64,000 nt of DNA. Source: Dehalococcoidia bacterium (GTDB taxonomy: Bacteria > Chloroflexota > Dehalococcoidia > Plut-88900). Where the stretch lies: contig OZ240215.1 in NCBI GenBank assembly GCA_965197585.1, positions 2,759,771 to 2,823,770 of the forward strand, written 5' to 3'. The notes under the pieces were generated by a model. It did not search any database and had not been told where the DNA came from. It saw only the letters and a list, made by a program, of their open reading frames with translations. Below are positions 54,735-64,000 of the stretch, in pieces (the first letter of the stretch is position 1; each line of letters opens with the position of its first letter). The position numbers were made by a program, and so were the translations under genes.

Positions 54735-55511
54735 ATGGACTACGAGCTGATCATCTACGAGAAGGCCGACGGAATTGCGACCATCACCCTGAACCGGCCG
54801 AAACAGTTGAACGCGCTTAACCACCAGACCTTCGACGAGATGCTGGACGCGCTGGCGGACGCGGCCTCGGACCCGGAAGTGCGGGTGCTGGTGCTGAAGG
54901 GTGTAGGCCGTGCGTTCAGCGCGGGGGACGACCTGAAGGGCATGGGTAAGACTTCACGAAGGATAGGCACGGACAAGTTTTCCGTCCAATTGGAGGGGCC
55001 GCCGGGGATGGTAAAAGCGCTGCGGGGTTTCCTGAAGCCGGTGATAGCTCAGCTGCACGGATACGCCCTCGGCGGGGCGTTTGAGGTAGCGCTGGCAGCA
55101 GATCTGATCATAGCCGCAGAGGATGCGAGGCTGGGGATTCCGTACGTGCAGCGGGGCCTGGCGTCGGGGACTTACTCGTTACTGGTGGCCGCCGGGTATC
55201 GGAAGGCCTGCGAAATCCTGTTTCTGGGGGACTGGGTGAGCGGCAAGGAGGCGGAGCGGATAGGTCTGGTGAACAAGGCGGTCCCCGCTGAGGAACTGGA
55301 CGAGGCCGTGGGTGAGTGGGCCGGGAGGCTGGCCAAGGGCGCCACGACATCCATCGCCTACATGAAGAAGTCGATGAATGCGTTCATAGACTGGGATAGG
55401 GGTCTCACTTTACAGACACTGATAGAGCAGCCTGTTTCGGACTCAGAGGATGCGCAGGAGGGGCGACGGTCTTTCATGGAGAAGCGGGAGCCGGAGTTCA
55501 AGGGGCGGTAA
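54735..55511 (+). CDS. Enoyl-CoA hydratase/isomerase (crotonase) family protein
   Basis: It contains GIATITLNRPKQLNAL, GRAFSAGDDLK and GYALGGAFEVALAADL. Confidence 0.85.
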   Translation: MDYELIIYEKADGIATITLNRPKQLNALNHQTFDEMLDALADAASDPEVRVLVLKGVGRAFSAGDDLKGMGKTSRRIGTDKFSVQLEGPPGMVKALRGFLKPVIAQLHGYALGGAFEVALAADLIIAAEDARLGIPYVQRGLASGTYSLLVAAGYRKACEILFLGDWVSGKEAERIGLVNKAVPAEELDEAVGEWAGRLAKGATTSIAYMKKSMNAFIDWDRGLTLQTLIEQPVSDSEDAQEGRRSFMEKREPEFKGR

Positions 55512-55516
55512 CAGGA

Positions 55517-56638
55517 TTGGTTAACAGACTCGTCGTTCTCATAGCGGCAACAGTCGTAGCCGTGGGTCTGCTGGTGGGCTGCCAGGGTGGGGCGTCGCTG
55601 CCCACAGATGTTCCCGACTCCACGGCCACACGCGTGGCGACGCTTACGGCCACATCCGCACCGGCGCATAAGGCTACACACGCACCGACGCCCACGCTGA
55701 CTCCCGTACCGGCATCTACGGCTGCACCTGTGCCGATGCCTACGCTGACTCCCGTGCCGACACCAACGCCCAGCCTCGTACCGACACCAACACCCACCCC
55801 AACTCCAACGCCCACTCCTACTCCTACTCCCATCCCACTCGAGGAACGAACTTATCTTTATGAACCCATAAACCCACCTATGGCTCCGGCAATCATGTAT
55901 TGGGATTGGGAGGCTAATAAGGACCACTTAAGAGAAATGGTAACAGACTTCACTATACACAACGATGTTGGTGACTGGTCCGACAAACATGGGCATTACT
56001 TATTTCTGATGCAAAATCGCATCTCAGATGTGTTGTTCTACGTTGGACTACAGACGGACGTCCAAGCGCAGGAGCCGCCATATAGACGCGGCAAGGGTGT
56101 GATTTTCTCGCGTTGGGGGACCCGGGACTTGGCCAACGCGAAGTACTCGGAAACAGAGGGTTGGGCCCAGTCGTCGGGGCACGAGGGCGATTTTATCGGA
56201 GTGCGGCGGTCATACGACTGGGGCGTCGGAGACTACAGAGTTCGGATTAGCCCCGACGGCTTGGAATCTGACGGTGAATGGTTCAGCGTTTGGATTACGA
56301 ATCTTGGCGCGGGTGATACAACTTGGATCGGATCTCTGAAATTTCCCCTGCTCAATGGCACTGCCGCTATGAAACCCAATTCTCTGGCAACTGTTGAGGT
56401 ATATGGAATTGGACCTATCCGGCCCATAGACATTCCCCAGTGGCATGTGAGCGTAAAGAGGCCGTTGGGTGATAACGAACTAGCCTCGAGAGGTCTTGTT
56501 AGTTATCCATGGGACAAATCTGAGAACGCACTGTTCAATTCGAATCTCTGGTACGATCACTCAGAAGACCGGGCGCACCTGCTTGTGGGAGGGACCACAG
56601 AACGCAAGACTAGTCAAGAATGGATATTCTTCGAGTAA
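55517..56638 (+). CDS. Hypothetical lipoprotein with a Pro/Thr linker and a C-terminal globular domain
   Basis: The start is TTG. The lipobox is AVGLLVGC and the linker is a (PT)n tract. The C-terminal domain family is not recognised. Confidence 0.5.
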   Translation: MVNRLVVLIAATVVAVGLLVGCQGGASLPTDVPDSTATRVATLTATSAPAHKATHAPTPTLTPVPASTAAPVPMPTLTPVPTPTPSLVPTPTPTPTPTPTPTPTPIPLEERTYLYEPINPPMAPAIMYWDWEANKDHLREMVTDFTIHNDVGDWSDKHGHYLFLMQNRISDVLFYVGLQTDVQAQEPPYRRGKGVIFSRWGTRDLANAKYSETEGWAQSSGHEGDFIGVRRSYDWGVGDYRVRISPDGLESDGEWFSVWITNLGAGDTTWIGSLKFPLLNGTAAMKPNSLATVEVYGIGPIRPIDIPQWHVSVKRPLGDNELASRGLVSYPWDKSENALFNSNLWYDHSEDRAHLLVGGTTERKTSQEWIFFE

Positions 56639-56686
56639 ATTCCGGGTGGCTACCTAAAAGCGGAGCAACGTGCGGGATGTGATTGG

Positions 56687-56733
56687 CAAGTCCTAGATCC
56701 CTCGCGGGGCCTCGGGATGACAAGATGACAGGG
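56687..56733. repeat. REP family R1, the only uninterrupted copy in the window
   Basis: CAAGTCCTAGATCCCTCGCGGGGCCTCGGGATGACAAGATGACAGGG. Confidence 0.8.
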
Positions 56734-56760
56734 AGGCGAGTGCGACCACTAGGGTCGCCT

Positions 56761-57588
56761 CTACGGGGGAAGGGAGGCGAAACGGCCTTCTGATAGGAGG
56801 GTTTCGAGGAGGAGGGCGAGGCCTTGTTCGGAGGCGGGGAGGGTTATGTGGTCGGCGGAGGACTTGACCTTCTCGGAGGCGTTGCCCATCGCCACCCCGA
56901 GACCCGCCCATTCGATCATGTCGATGTCGTTGGGGCTGTCCCCGACGGCGACGACTTCCTCTCTTTTCACGCCTAGGGACGAGGCCAAATGGCTGAGGGC
57001 CGCGCTCTTGCTCCCGTCAGGGTGGCCGATTTCGCAGAGGTGATCGTAGGTGTGCATGGCGGCCAAGGCGCCGTTGAAGTGGGCATCCACCACGGCCGGA
57101 ACGTCACTTATGGGCCCTGCATCTCCGGTGACGACTATCTTGGTCGGAGGAGACTGGACGTTTCGGACGAGGTCTGAGACGGGGTCGGCTTCGATTTTCA
57201 GGACTTTTTCGTACTGGCTCACGGTCTCGGTCATTTCACGCACATAGAAACGGTCTCGCACAAAGACGTAGGGGTTGAGGCCTCGGTCTTCTAGAAGGCG
57301 AATGAGCCCGTGCGCGAGGTGTAGAGGGATGGGGGTCTCGCGGACAATCTCGTGGGTTACGGGGTCGGAGGTGAAAGCCCCCTGGTAGCAGATTATGGGC
57401 AGGGTGATGCCCAGGGCCCGGCTGAAGGGAAGTGAGGAGTTGTACATGCGGCCTGTGGCGAGGGTGACCCCAGCCCCGGTTTCCAGGACCCGGGCGACGG
57501 CCTGTTTGGTCCGCTCGGTCAGGGGGGTGTCGGTCTGGCGGTCGTGGAGGGTGCCGTCGATGTCTAAGGCGAGGAGTCTGTAAGTCAT
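56761..57588 (-). CDS. Cof-type HAD-IIB family hydrolase
   Basis: It contains LLALDIDGTL and VAVGDSPNDIDMIEWAGLGVAMGNA. Confidence 0.8.
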   Translation of the reverse strand: MTYRLLALDIDGTLHDRQTDTPLTERTKQAVARVLETGAGVTLATGRMYNSSLPFSRALGITLPIICYQGAFTSDPVTHEIVRETPIPLHLAHGLIRLLEDRGLNPYVFVRDRFYVREMTETVSQYEKVLKIEADPVSDLVRNVQSPPTKIVVTGDAGPISDVPAVVDAHFNGALAAMHTYDHLCEIGHPDGSKSAALSHLASSLGVKREEVVAVGDSPNDIDMIEWAGLGVAMGNASEKVKSSADHITLPASEQGLALLLETLLSEGRFASLPP

Positions 57589-58595
57589 TGGGATGACAGG
57601 AACCTCGCAAGCTCGTCGATGGGGAAGTCGGGCATCTCTCGTTCTCCCTCGGGGGTGATCATCACGAAGCCCTGTTCAGGGGGCGTCACGACACCGATTT
57701 GAGTAACGGGGATCGCAGCACGCTCCAGGCCGGCGGTTACGGCGGCGACATGCTCGGGAGCCAGGGTCAATACCAGGGCCCCTGAGGCTAGGAGGCCAAG
57801 GGGGTCGAGGTCCAGGCTTTTGCAGAAGGCGCTGGTCTCGGGGAGGATGGGGATAGCGTCGAGGTTGATCCTGACGCCCGCGCCCGCGGCCCAGCCGATC
57901 TCTCGGAGGCCCGTGACCAAGCCACCCTCGGTAGGGTCGTGCATGGAGTGTATCTTTCCCGCGGCCCGGGCCATGCGCGCATCTTTCAGGACGCTTATGC
58001 CGGGGTCGTAGAGGAAGCCTCGGGCCGTCTCAATAGCAGAGCCAGGGACTCCTTTAGCGGCTAGGACGGAAGCTGACTCCCGGGCCAGGACGGCCGACCC
58101 TTCAATAGCAATGGCCTTGGTAAGGAGAATTGCGTCGCCGATCTGGGCGGCGGAGGTGGGGGTAAGGTCGGATGGGTGTGCCTCGCCGAGCATTGCGCCC
58201 ATGACTATGGGCCTGCGGATGTCATAGGTGACCTCGGTGTGGCCGCCGATCAGGGAGACCCCGATGTCTTTGCAGGCATCGGCGATCTGGCGGAAGGCCT
58301 TCTCGATTTGGGACTCGGGCATGTTCTCGGGGACGAGGAGGGTGGCAAGGAACCAGCGGGGCTCGGCGCCCGTGGCGGCGATGTCATTGGCATTGACGTG
58401 GACGGAGTACCAGCCTATCTCGTCAGAGGCGAATGTGATGGGGTCGGTCTTGGCGACCAGGACTCGGTCGTCAGACATGGAGATGACTGCTGCGTCCTCA
58501 CCGATGCCCGGGCCGATGAGGACACGGGGGTCGGAGATTGGGGCGTCGGAGAGGAGTCGGTGAAGGAGGTCTGGGGGGAGTTTACCTACTTGCAT
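57585..58595 (-). CDS. AIR-synthase-related (PurM/HypE/ThiL-fold) protein
   Basis: It contains GEDAAVI, KTDPITF and NDIAATGAEPRWF. It overlaps the HAD gene by 4 bp. Confidence 0.7.
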   Translation of the reverse strand: MQVGKLPPDLLHRLLSDAPISDPRVLIGPGIGEDAAVISMSDDRVLVAKTDPITFASDEIGWYSVHVNANDIAATGAEPRWFLATLLVPENMPESQIEKAFRQIADACKDIGVSLIGGHTEVTYDIRRPIVMGAMLGEAHPSDLTPTSAAQIGDAILLTKAIAIEGSAVLARESASVLAAKGVPGSAIETARGFLYDPGISVLKDARMARAAGKIHSMHDPTEGGLVTGLREIGWAAGAGVRINLDAIPILPETSAFCKSLDLDPLGLLASGALVLTLAPEHVAAVTAGLERAAIPVTQIGVVTPPEQGFVMITPEGEREMPDFPIDELARFLSSQ

Positions 58596-58637
58596 CGGGG
58601 GGATGATAACACGGGGGGAGGAGGGCGCTCCCCCGCC

Positions 58638-58720
58638 CCGCTCATACTTCGATCCGCCTACGGCGGACTTACAGCGGGTTTCCGCCTCAGGCGGATCTTC
58701 GACAGCGGGAGCGGCCTCTC
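58638..58720. repeat. Repeat family E, expanded mosaic copy
   Basis: CCGCTCATACTTCGATCCGCCTACGGCGG...CCGCCTCAGGCGGATCTTCGACAGCGGGAGCGGCC. Confidence 0.7.
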
Positions 58721-58761
58721 CCTCCGGATTTCCGATCGGAGTTGGGAATTATGGGGAAGGG

Positions 58762-59160
58762 TCAGGTCCTGGCGTCGAGCCTGCTGAGTTGTCCCGACCA
58801 GTGGAGGATGCGGTCGTCAGCAGTGACGAGTTGATGGCCCTCAAGGGCGGTTGCGACAATGATGCGGTCAGCGGGGTCGGCGTGGAGATCGGCAAGCTCA
58901 GCGGCGCGGATACCGATGAGGCCAGTGAGCGGCACTTCCACCATTCCCTGCTCCAATTGGGACAGCCGCCACGAGGCAACATCTTCAGCAAAATGGATGC
59001 GTCTCTTCTGTTTGAGCATTGCCACTTCCCAGAAGGAAATGGCGGAAATGGCAACCTGCCCCACTCTCGATTCACGGTCAATGGTCTGCCGGGACCGGGG
59101 GCCTAATCTCCGGTCACCCGCTCTAAGCCAAAGCATGACCTGTGTATCGAGTAGAATCAC
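58762..59160 (-). CDS. vapC: PIN-domain toxin, VapC family
   Basis: With the GTG start the protein begins VILLDTQVMLWL. It also contains SFWEVAML and DPADRIIVATA. The longer track ORF is unlikely. Confidence 0.75.
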   Translation of the reverse strand: MILLDTQVMLWLRAGDRRLGPRSRQTIDRESRVGQVAISAISFWEVAMLKQKRRIHFAEDVASWRLSQLEQGMVEVPLTGLIGIRAAELADLHADPADRIIVATALEGHQLVTADDRILHWSGQLSRLDART

Positions 59161-59174
59161 GTTGGAATGTCCGG

Positions 59175-59432
59175 CTACTTGCCGTCCAAGAGACCCTGAT
59201 CGGCTTCCCATTCCACATCCAGGGGAGAGACGATGTCGCCGAGTATCTTGATTTTCCCCCTGTCGGCACCGAAGAAAGTGTCGGGCCGCTTGCGGTAGGG
59301 GGCGAGCCTCGATACGGGGCGGCCGTTCTTGGTTATGATGATCTCCTGTCCACTCTCGGCGACCTCGTCCATGAGCTTCAGGCATTTGGCCTTGAACTCA
59401 GAGGCCTTTATGGTCCTAACTCCCGTAGCCAT
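59175..59432 (-). CDS. Phd/YefM-family antitoxin
   Basis: MATGVRTIKASEFKAKCLKLMDEVAESGQEIIITKNGRPVSRLAP. It lies 14 nt upstream of vapC. Upstream alternative ATGs exist. Confidence 0.7.
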   Translation of the reverse strand: MATGVRTIKASEFKAKCLKLMDEVAESGQEIIITKNGRPVSRLAPYRKRPDTFFGADRGKIKILGDIVSPLDVEWEADQGLLDGK

Positions 59433-59586
59433 GCCGTCATTCATGGTCATCGACCCGCTCCCGATTCTAGGATGCTTAAATGATACCATGGTCACGACCA
59501 TAGTCATATCTCTTTTAAGCAACCCGGGCCAGTGGAAGAAACGAGAGCTCCGTACGCAAGCCCTTTTGCCAGAGGGTGACAGCAGG

Positions 59587-60315
59587 CTATGGGTGGCCGG
59601 TTAGGATGTCCAGGAGGCGGCGGCTTTGGAAGCGCATGACCCAGATTACGCTGGCGGCGGCGAGGCCGGCGGCAGCGAGTAACAGGGCCAATCCGACGAA
59701 CTTGATGGGCTCCACCCAACGGTCCATAGCCTCCAGGGTCCCGAGGGTTGAGAGGAGCGGGTCGCCGGGGGTGGCGGGATTCAGCTCAGCGGCGATGGAG
59801 TGGTCCCAGTATCCAGAGGCAATCAAGCCCTGAACGACACCCAGAACGAGGGCCGCTACCAAAATGGTTAGACCAGCCAATGTGAAGAGGGGGAAGAGTC
59901 GGGCGGTGATGGGGGGGCCGGGCAGGATGACGGTGACGCCGAGGGACTGCTGCACTGTGGCGCCGGAAACCCGGAGACTGCCAAGGATGATGGTGAAAAG
60001 CTGAAGAATGCTCGCCAGGACCAGGCCGATCCCCAGAAATTGCAGCTCCGGCAGCCAGGCTCCGACGGATTCGATGAATATCCTCTTTTCCACGATGTCC
60101 GTGCCTGAGGCTGCCGCCTCGCGCTCCGCTGCAGAGAATGCGAAGTAGTCGGCGGCAACCAGGCCGTTGATAACGCCGAGGACAAAGGCGGCGGCGGAGA
60201 GTATCAGGCCCATGAACATGAGAGGCGCCCACAGGCGGACGGCGAGAGTTTGGGCGCGGGTAAAGCCGACAGCGGGTCGGGCGATGGCTTCGGCGGCGCT
60301 TTCGAGGGTGGTCAT
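59587..60315 (-). CDS. Hypothetical integral membrane protein (internally duplicated)
   Basis: Two similar halves end in GVINGLVAADYF and GVVQGLIASGYW. I recognise no family. Confidence 0.5.
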   Translation of the reverse strand: MTTLESAAEAIARPAVGFTRAQTLAVRLWAPLMFMGLILSAAAFVLGVINGLVAADYFAFSAAEREAAASGTDIVEKRIFIESVGAWLPELQFLGIGLVLASILQLFTIILGSLRVSGATVQQSLGVTVILPGPPITARLFPLFTLAGLTILVAALVLGVVQGLIASGYWDHSIAAELNPATPGDPLLSTLGTLEAMDRWVEPIKFVGLALLLAAAGLAAASVIWVMRFQSRRLLDILTGHP

Positions 60316-60764
60316 TGTCGCTCCTTGGCGTCGGGGGCGGGCCCTCCAGAGGCGGATGTGCCACTTTCAGCCCTGTCCAAGTTTTCCATGCTCCTGAGTG
60401 AGGGGAGTATCAGGGCGGATACGGTCATTCTGAGCCTTACGGCAGCGACCCAGCGCCAGAGGAGAAGGCCTACGCCAACCAGCATCAGGGTGATCCCCTG
60501 GTAGGGCAGCAGGGCGAGCCACTCGGCACGGGAGGCTAGGTCGGCTTGATGGAGGGCTATGGGGTCGGCGGGTGGGGCAGAAGTGCGGGTTTCCAGGGAG
60601 GATGAGTTCACGACGCTAGACGTTTCCGAGGCATCGGCCCAGAAAAAGGCAGCGAGGCCAATGATGACCAGGCCGGCAGCGATTAGAAAGAGGGAGGCGA
60701 GGGTCAGGAGGGGGCCTCGGAAGGCCTCCTTTTCCAGTTTCTCTATGGCGGGTTGGGAGATCAA
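60312..60764 (-). CDS. Hypothetical membrane protein
   Basis: It has 2-3 TM helices and a TTG start, and overlaps the downstream gene by 4 bp. Confidence 0.45.
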   Translation of the reverse strand: MISQPAIEKLEKEAFRGPLLTLASLFLIAAGLVIIGLAAFFWADASETSSVVNSSSLETRTSAPPADPIALHQADLASRAEWLALLPYQGITLMLVGVGLLLWRWVAAVRLRMTVSALILPSLRSMENLDRAESGTSASGGPAPDAKERQ

Positions 60765-60926
60765 AGTGGGTAGCGCGTGCGGAGAGCGGGCCCATGTTCC
60801 ATCGGGGAATTATAAGGGTGTGGGGAAGGGGTTACATCTTCTCGCGTTGTGAGTGAATCTTCGCTATACAGGAGGCGCACTTGCAGTCGGCTCTGGGGAT
60901 GGAATGGCGGAGGGATGGGAGGTGGA

Positions 60927-61655
60927 TCAGGCGGGGTTGGGTTTGGCGCCCCAGTGGAGGGCGACAATTCCCATGTTCATTCGCCGGTAGCCGACCTGAT
61001 CGAGGCCGGCGGCTCGGAGGAGGTCGGCGAGGCCGTTGACGTCGGGGAAGCGGTCTATGGACTCGGAGAGGTAAGAGTAGGATGAGCGGTCGTCGGCTAA
61101 CACGTGACCGAGCAGGGGGACGAAGCGGCGTACATAAAAGTTGACAAGGGGTTTGAGGGGCGACCGGCCTTTGACCGGGCTGAGATCGAGGACGGCGACA
61201 CGACCCCCTGGCCGTACCACGCGAACCATCTCCGAAATGCACTTCTCCAGGTCCTCGACGTTGCGAAGGGCGAAGCTGGAGACGACGCAGAGGAAGGAAT
61301 CGTCTGCGAATGGTAGGGCAAGGGCGTCGGCCTCAAGGAATGAGACAGGACACGCGGCGGAACGCTCCGAGGACTTGCGGGAGGCGACCTTGAGCATTGC
61401 CCGGGACAGGTCTACAGCGACGACGGAAGTGACGTTGGCCTGTTCTCCGAGGGTGAAGGCGAGGTCGCCAGTACCGGTGGCAACGTCGAGGCCTGGGCCT
61501 TGGCCCTGTGCCTCACTTGCAGCGATGGCGGTGGCCCTCTTCCAGCAGCGATGCCTTCCCAGGGTGATTATGGTGTTGAGGATGTCGTAGCGGCGGGCGA
61601 GGCGGGAGAACATCCTCTCAACGTCTCGGGCGGGGGGACCTTTGGGTGTAGGCAT
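60927..61655 (-). CDS. ubiE: Demethylmenaquinone/ubiquinone C-methyltransferase (UbiE/MenG family)
   Basis: It contains VERMFSRLARRYDILNTIITLGRHRCWKR, LDVATGTGD, and FALRNV...MVRVVRPGGRV. I chose the start MPTPKG. Confidence 0.8.
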   Translation of the reverse strand: MPTPKGPPARDVERMFSRLARRYDILNTIITLGRHRCWKRATAIAASEAQGQGPGLDVATGTGDLAFTLGEQANVTSVVAVDLSRAMLKVASRKSSERSAACPVSFLEADALALPFADDSFLCVVSSFALRNVEDLEKCISEMVRVVRPGGRVAVLDLSPVKGRSPLKPLVNFYVRRFVPLLGHVLADDRSSYSYLSESIDRFPDVNGLADLLRAAGLDQVGYRRMNMGIVALHWGAKPNPA

Positions 61656-61660
61656 GGTGT

Positions 61661-62269
61661 CTATGGGGACGGTAGGGGAAGGATGATCTGTATTTCGTCG
61701 GGGGGGCCGGCGGCTTCGTAGGTGTCCTGGAGCCAGCACAGGCCAACGTAGGCTGCGGTCACGGCATCAAGCTCATCATGGACACGCTTGGGCTTGTCAT
61801 CGGTGAACCGGATGCCGAGTCTAAGGAGCCCTTCGAGCAGAGCATCTTCTCCACGCTGCTTTCTCGGGAGACCTAGCCTGTCCTGGGCCGCGCCGGGGTA
61901 TACCTCGATCACCTTGACGCCCATGGACTCCAGGGTCTCCCGGAGTCGAATAGACCGCAGCGTAAGGTTCACCATGGAGGGAAGCAGAGTCCAGAAGGGG
62001 TGGTAGCCCATGCGGGAGACGGCCCTATCTGCGGAGCGGACGATGCCGTGGACAGCGCAGGCACAAGATGGGTCGGCACAGCAGCGGCCCTTGGGGAGGG
62101 AGAGGGGCGCGTCGATGGCGACGACGTCAGGCTGGGTCTCGCGGATTGCCTGGAGGATGTCGGCGTCGGTCCTCACGATCCGGGACTCCGCGGCAAGGCT
62201 CTCATCGATGATGGCCAGACCGGACCTCTTTCGCTCGGAGCCGCTGGGATCGAGGCCGAGGGAGATCAA
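61661..62269 (-). CDS. DUF429-domain protein (predicted RNase H-like nuclease)
   Basis: It contains LGLDPSGSERKRSGLAIID and VVAIDAPLSLP, a Cys cluster CCADPSCAC, and HDELDAVTAAYVG. The start is TTG. Confidence 0.6.
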   Translation of the reverse strand: MISLGLDPSGSERKRSGLAIIDESLAAESRIVRTDADILQAIRETQPDVVAIDAPLSLPKGRCCADPSCACAVHGIVRSADRAVSRMGYHPFWTLLPSMVNLTLRSIRLRETLESMGVKVIEVYPGAAQDRLGLPRKQRGEDALLEGLLRLGIRFTDDKPKRVHDELDAVTAAYVGLCWLQDTYEAAGPPDEIQIILPLPSP

Positions 62270-62283
62270 AGGCGGCCTCGGGT
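62197..62283. repeat. 87-bp direct repeat, copy A (functional 5' end of the DUF429 gene)
   Basis: It aligns with 62932-63018 with about 6 mismatches and covers -14 to +73 relative to the TTG start. Confidence 0.85.
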
Positions 62284-62366
62284 GGTGGGAGTCTGCCTGT
62301 CGCTGGACGCTCGCACATAAAGGTCAGTAAGTGAAAGATGCTGAGGTCTTTTCATACCATCTTCCA

Positions 62367-62813
62367 TTAGTGTGTTTCGAAGTCATTGTACTTGGAAGCG
62401 GTACCCATCTCTATAATGGCATAAGATTCAAAAAGCGCCTGCTCTAGTTGGTTGGTAATTGATACTGACCGAAAGGTCATGGTGCGCACTCTTTCCCGCT
62501 GTCGGCGGTACTCCTCTATGTTAGCTTTTTCGATATCTTCTGCCTTACCTTTTGGGTGGTTTAGCACTTCTCTCAACAATTTGAAGGCGAAAGTAGCTGA
62601 ATAACGGTCCGAACTGTCCGCTCCATGTTCCCGGATACGTCTCCGCATGTTGTTAGATCGGCCCACGTAGATCGGCTCGCCATTTTCATATAAAACGTAT
62701 ATGCCTTCCTGAGGGGCTTCAAGATAGGATTGACAACTCAACTCTTCGCTCTCTTTGAGCTTTTTCATGAGCGGCTTCATCTTATCGATGGCCTTCCAAA
62801 AGACCGTGTCCAT
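62367..62813 (-). CDS. GIY-YIG nuclease-domain protein
   Basis: It contains GIYVLYENGEPIYVGRSNNMRRRIREH (GIY...YVG...R..H), plus a later E (LFESY) and N (YNDF). The segment is AT-richer. Confidence 0.7.
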   Translation of the reverse strand: MDTVFWKAIDKMKPLMKKLKESEELSCQSYLEAPQEGIYVLYENGEPIYVGRSNNMRRRIREHGADSSDRYSATFAFKLLREVLNHPKGKAEDIEKANIEEYRRQRERVRTMTFRSVSITNQLEQALFESYAIIEMGTASKYNDFETH

Positions 62814-62931
62814 ATAACGTGTAGCCTTCAGTCGTGTTGTATTGCCTATCTCGGCTAAATTGGTGTAGTTGCCTCTTATCCAACGGCCCCATCTGCGGCA
62901 TACAAGCGAAATAGCCAGCCGATAGCGCGCG

Positions 62932-63018
62932 GGCTCTCATCGATAATGGCCAGACCGGACCTTTTGCGCTCGGAGCCGCTAGGGTCAAGGCCGAGGGAGA
63001 TCAAAGGCGGCCTCGGGT
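62932..63018. repeat. 87-bp direct repeat, copy B (orphaned 5' fragment of the DUF429 gene)
   Basis: On the reverse strand it reads TTG-ISLGLDPSGSERKRSGLAIIDES, then diverges (PRAIGWLF...) and stops. Confidence 0.85.
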
Positions 63019-63058
63019 TGCGGGGCCGTCCCTATATTGAGTGCTCGGGGCTCGAGGG

Positions 63059-64000
63059 TCAGTCTTCAAGGGTAGAGGTGTCGCCCTCGGGGAGGCCGAG
63101 TTCACGGGCCTTGAGGAGGCGGCGCATGATTTTGCCGCTGCGGGTCTTGGGCAGGGTGTCGATGAAGTCGATCTCCCGGGGCGCGATGCCGGGGGAGAGC
63201 TTATTACGGGTGAAGCGCATGAGCTCGCGGCGGAGGGACTCGGTCGGCTCGTAACCGTCCTTGAGGGAGACGAAGGCCTTGACGACCTCCATTGCGATGG
63301 GATCGGGCTTGCCGATGACACCGGCCTCGGCGACGGCGGGGTGCTCGATGAGGGCGCTCTCCACCTCGAAGGGGCCTACCAGGTGTCCGGCGGTGTTGAT
63401 CACGTCGTCGGCCCTGCCAACGAACCAGAAATAGCCGTCGTCATCCATTCGAGCCTTGTCGCCGGTGATGTACCAGCCGTTCTGGAAGCGGGAGTTGTAC
63501 CGCTCCTCGTTGCCCCAATAGGTCTTGAACATGGAGGGCCAGCCGGGCCGAATGGCGAGATGGCCCTCTTCGCCGACAGGGATCTCGTTGTACTCGTCGT
63601 CAAGGATGCCGGCGGTGATGCCGGGTGTGGGACGGCCCATGGAGCCGGGCTTAATATCCTGGATGGGGTAGTTGGAAATGAGGATGGAGCCGGTCTCGGT
63701 CTGCCACCACGTGTCGTGAAAGGGCATGCCAAAGACGCGGTCGCTCCAAATCACGGCCTCGGGGTTGAGGGGCTCACCGACGCTGGTGATGTAACGGAGG
63801 GATGAAAGGTCGTGGCGCTTGACCACTTCATCACCGGCCTTCATAAGCATCCTGATAGCCGTCGGGGCAGTGTACCATACGGTGACCTTGTATTTGTCGA
63901 TGACCCGGTACCAGCCGGAAGCGCCAAACCCACCTTCGTAGATGATCTGGGTGACGCCGTTGGTCCAGGGAGCGACCATGCCGTAGGAGGTGCCGGTTAC
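63059..64000 (-). CDS. acs: Acetyl-CoA synthetase (AMP-forming), C-terminal 313 codons; N-terminus off the right edge
   Basis: It contains [44 protein letters not shown] and [14 protein letters not shown]. The frame is open to position 64000. Confidence 0.85.
   Translation of the reverse strand, partial: VTGTSYGMVAPWTNGVTQIIYEGGFGASGWYRVIDKYKVTVWYTAPTAIRMLMKAGDEVVKRHDLSSLRYITSVGEPLNPEAVIWSDRVFGMPFHDTWWQTETGSILISNYPIQDIKPGSMGRPTPGITAGILDDEYNEIPVGEEGHLAIRPGWPSMFKTYWGNEERYNSRFQNGWYITGDKARMDDDGYFWFVGRADDVINTAGHLVGPFEVESALIEHPAVAEAGVIGKPDPIAMEVVKAFVSLKDGYEPTESLRRELMRFTRNKLSPGIAPREIDFIDTLPKTRSGKIMRRLLKARELGLPEGDTSTLED

Noticed and set aside
55740-55835. Pro/Thr-coding ACN-CCN tract as a contingency microsatellite
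   Set aside because: The codons are heterogeneous (not a pure repeat unit). The tract simply encodes a PT linker of a lipoprotein.

Overview
High-GC bacterial chromosomal segment. Hand counts of single 60-nt lines give about 68% GC in core genes and about 45% in the islets. It holds roughly 50 protein genes, and I saw no rRNA, tRNA or CRISPR array by eye. The housekeeping and metabolic backbone includes dnaE, metG, hisS, folC, fabF, a ubiE/menG-type methyltransferase, polyprenyl synthase and ogt. It also includes a MoxR-DUF58-transglutaminase operon, two amidohydrolases, an amidase, an LLM oxidoreductase, an OYE/FadH-like reductase, a CoA-transferase, a crotonase and Acs. Three layers are superimposed on this backbone. 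(1) Eight IS copies from five families: IS1182 x2, IS5, IS481-like x2, IS110 x2 and IS30. (2) A very dense mosaic of REP-like intergenic repeats belonging to at least four families; in wrong frames these give the peptides WIPAFAGMT and SYFESLSTSGP. (3) AT-richer islets with nuclease or toxin-antitoxin-type genes: a RusA-like plus PD-(D/E)xK-HEPN pair, a DUF4268 protein, a NucS-like protein, a GIY-YIG cassette, a SWIM protein, VapC/Phd, an orphan HigA, a DUF2283 pair and decayed RelE/ParE modules. The most interesting observations are these. One 35-nt REP hairpin family is occupied by IS5, IS481-like and IS110 elements in 4 of its 5 copies. Both IS110 copies sit at a CT core next to that REP and carry a conserved 164-nt non-coding end with guide-like matches to it, making it a bridge-RNA candidate. 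REP hairpins are present in frame as 78-bp tandem units inside dnaE. A two-hairpin intergenic module has a compensatorily varying stem. A two-gene RusA-like plus AHJR-like-HEPN cassette occurs in an AT-richer islet. A GIY-YIG cassette is flanked by an 87-bp duplication of the 5' end of its target gene. The lineage guess (an uncultivated Chloroflexota-like organism) is low confidence. All family calls come from motif recall and hand alignment; no database search or computation was possible.
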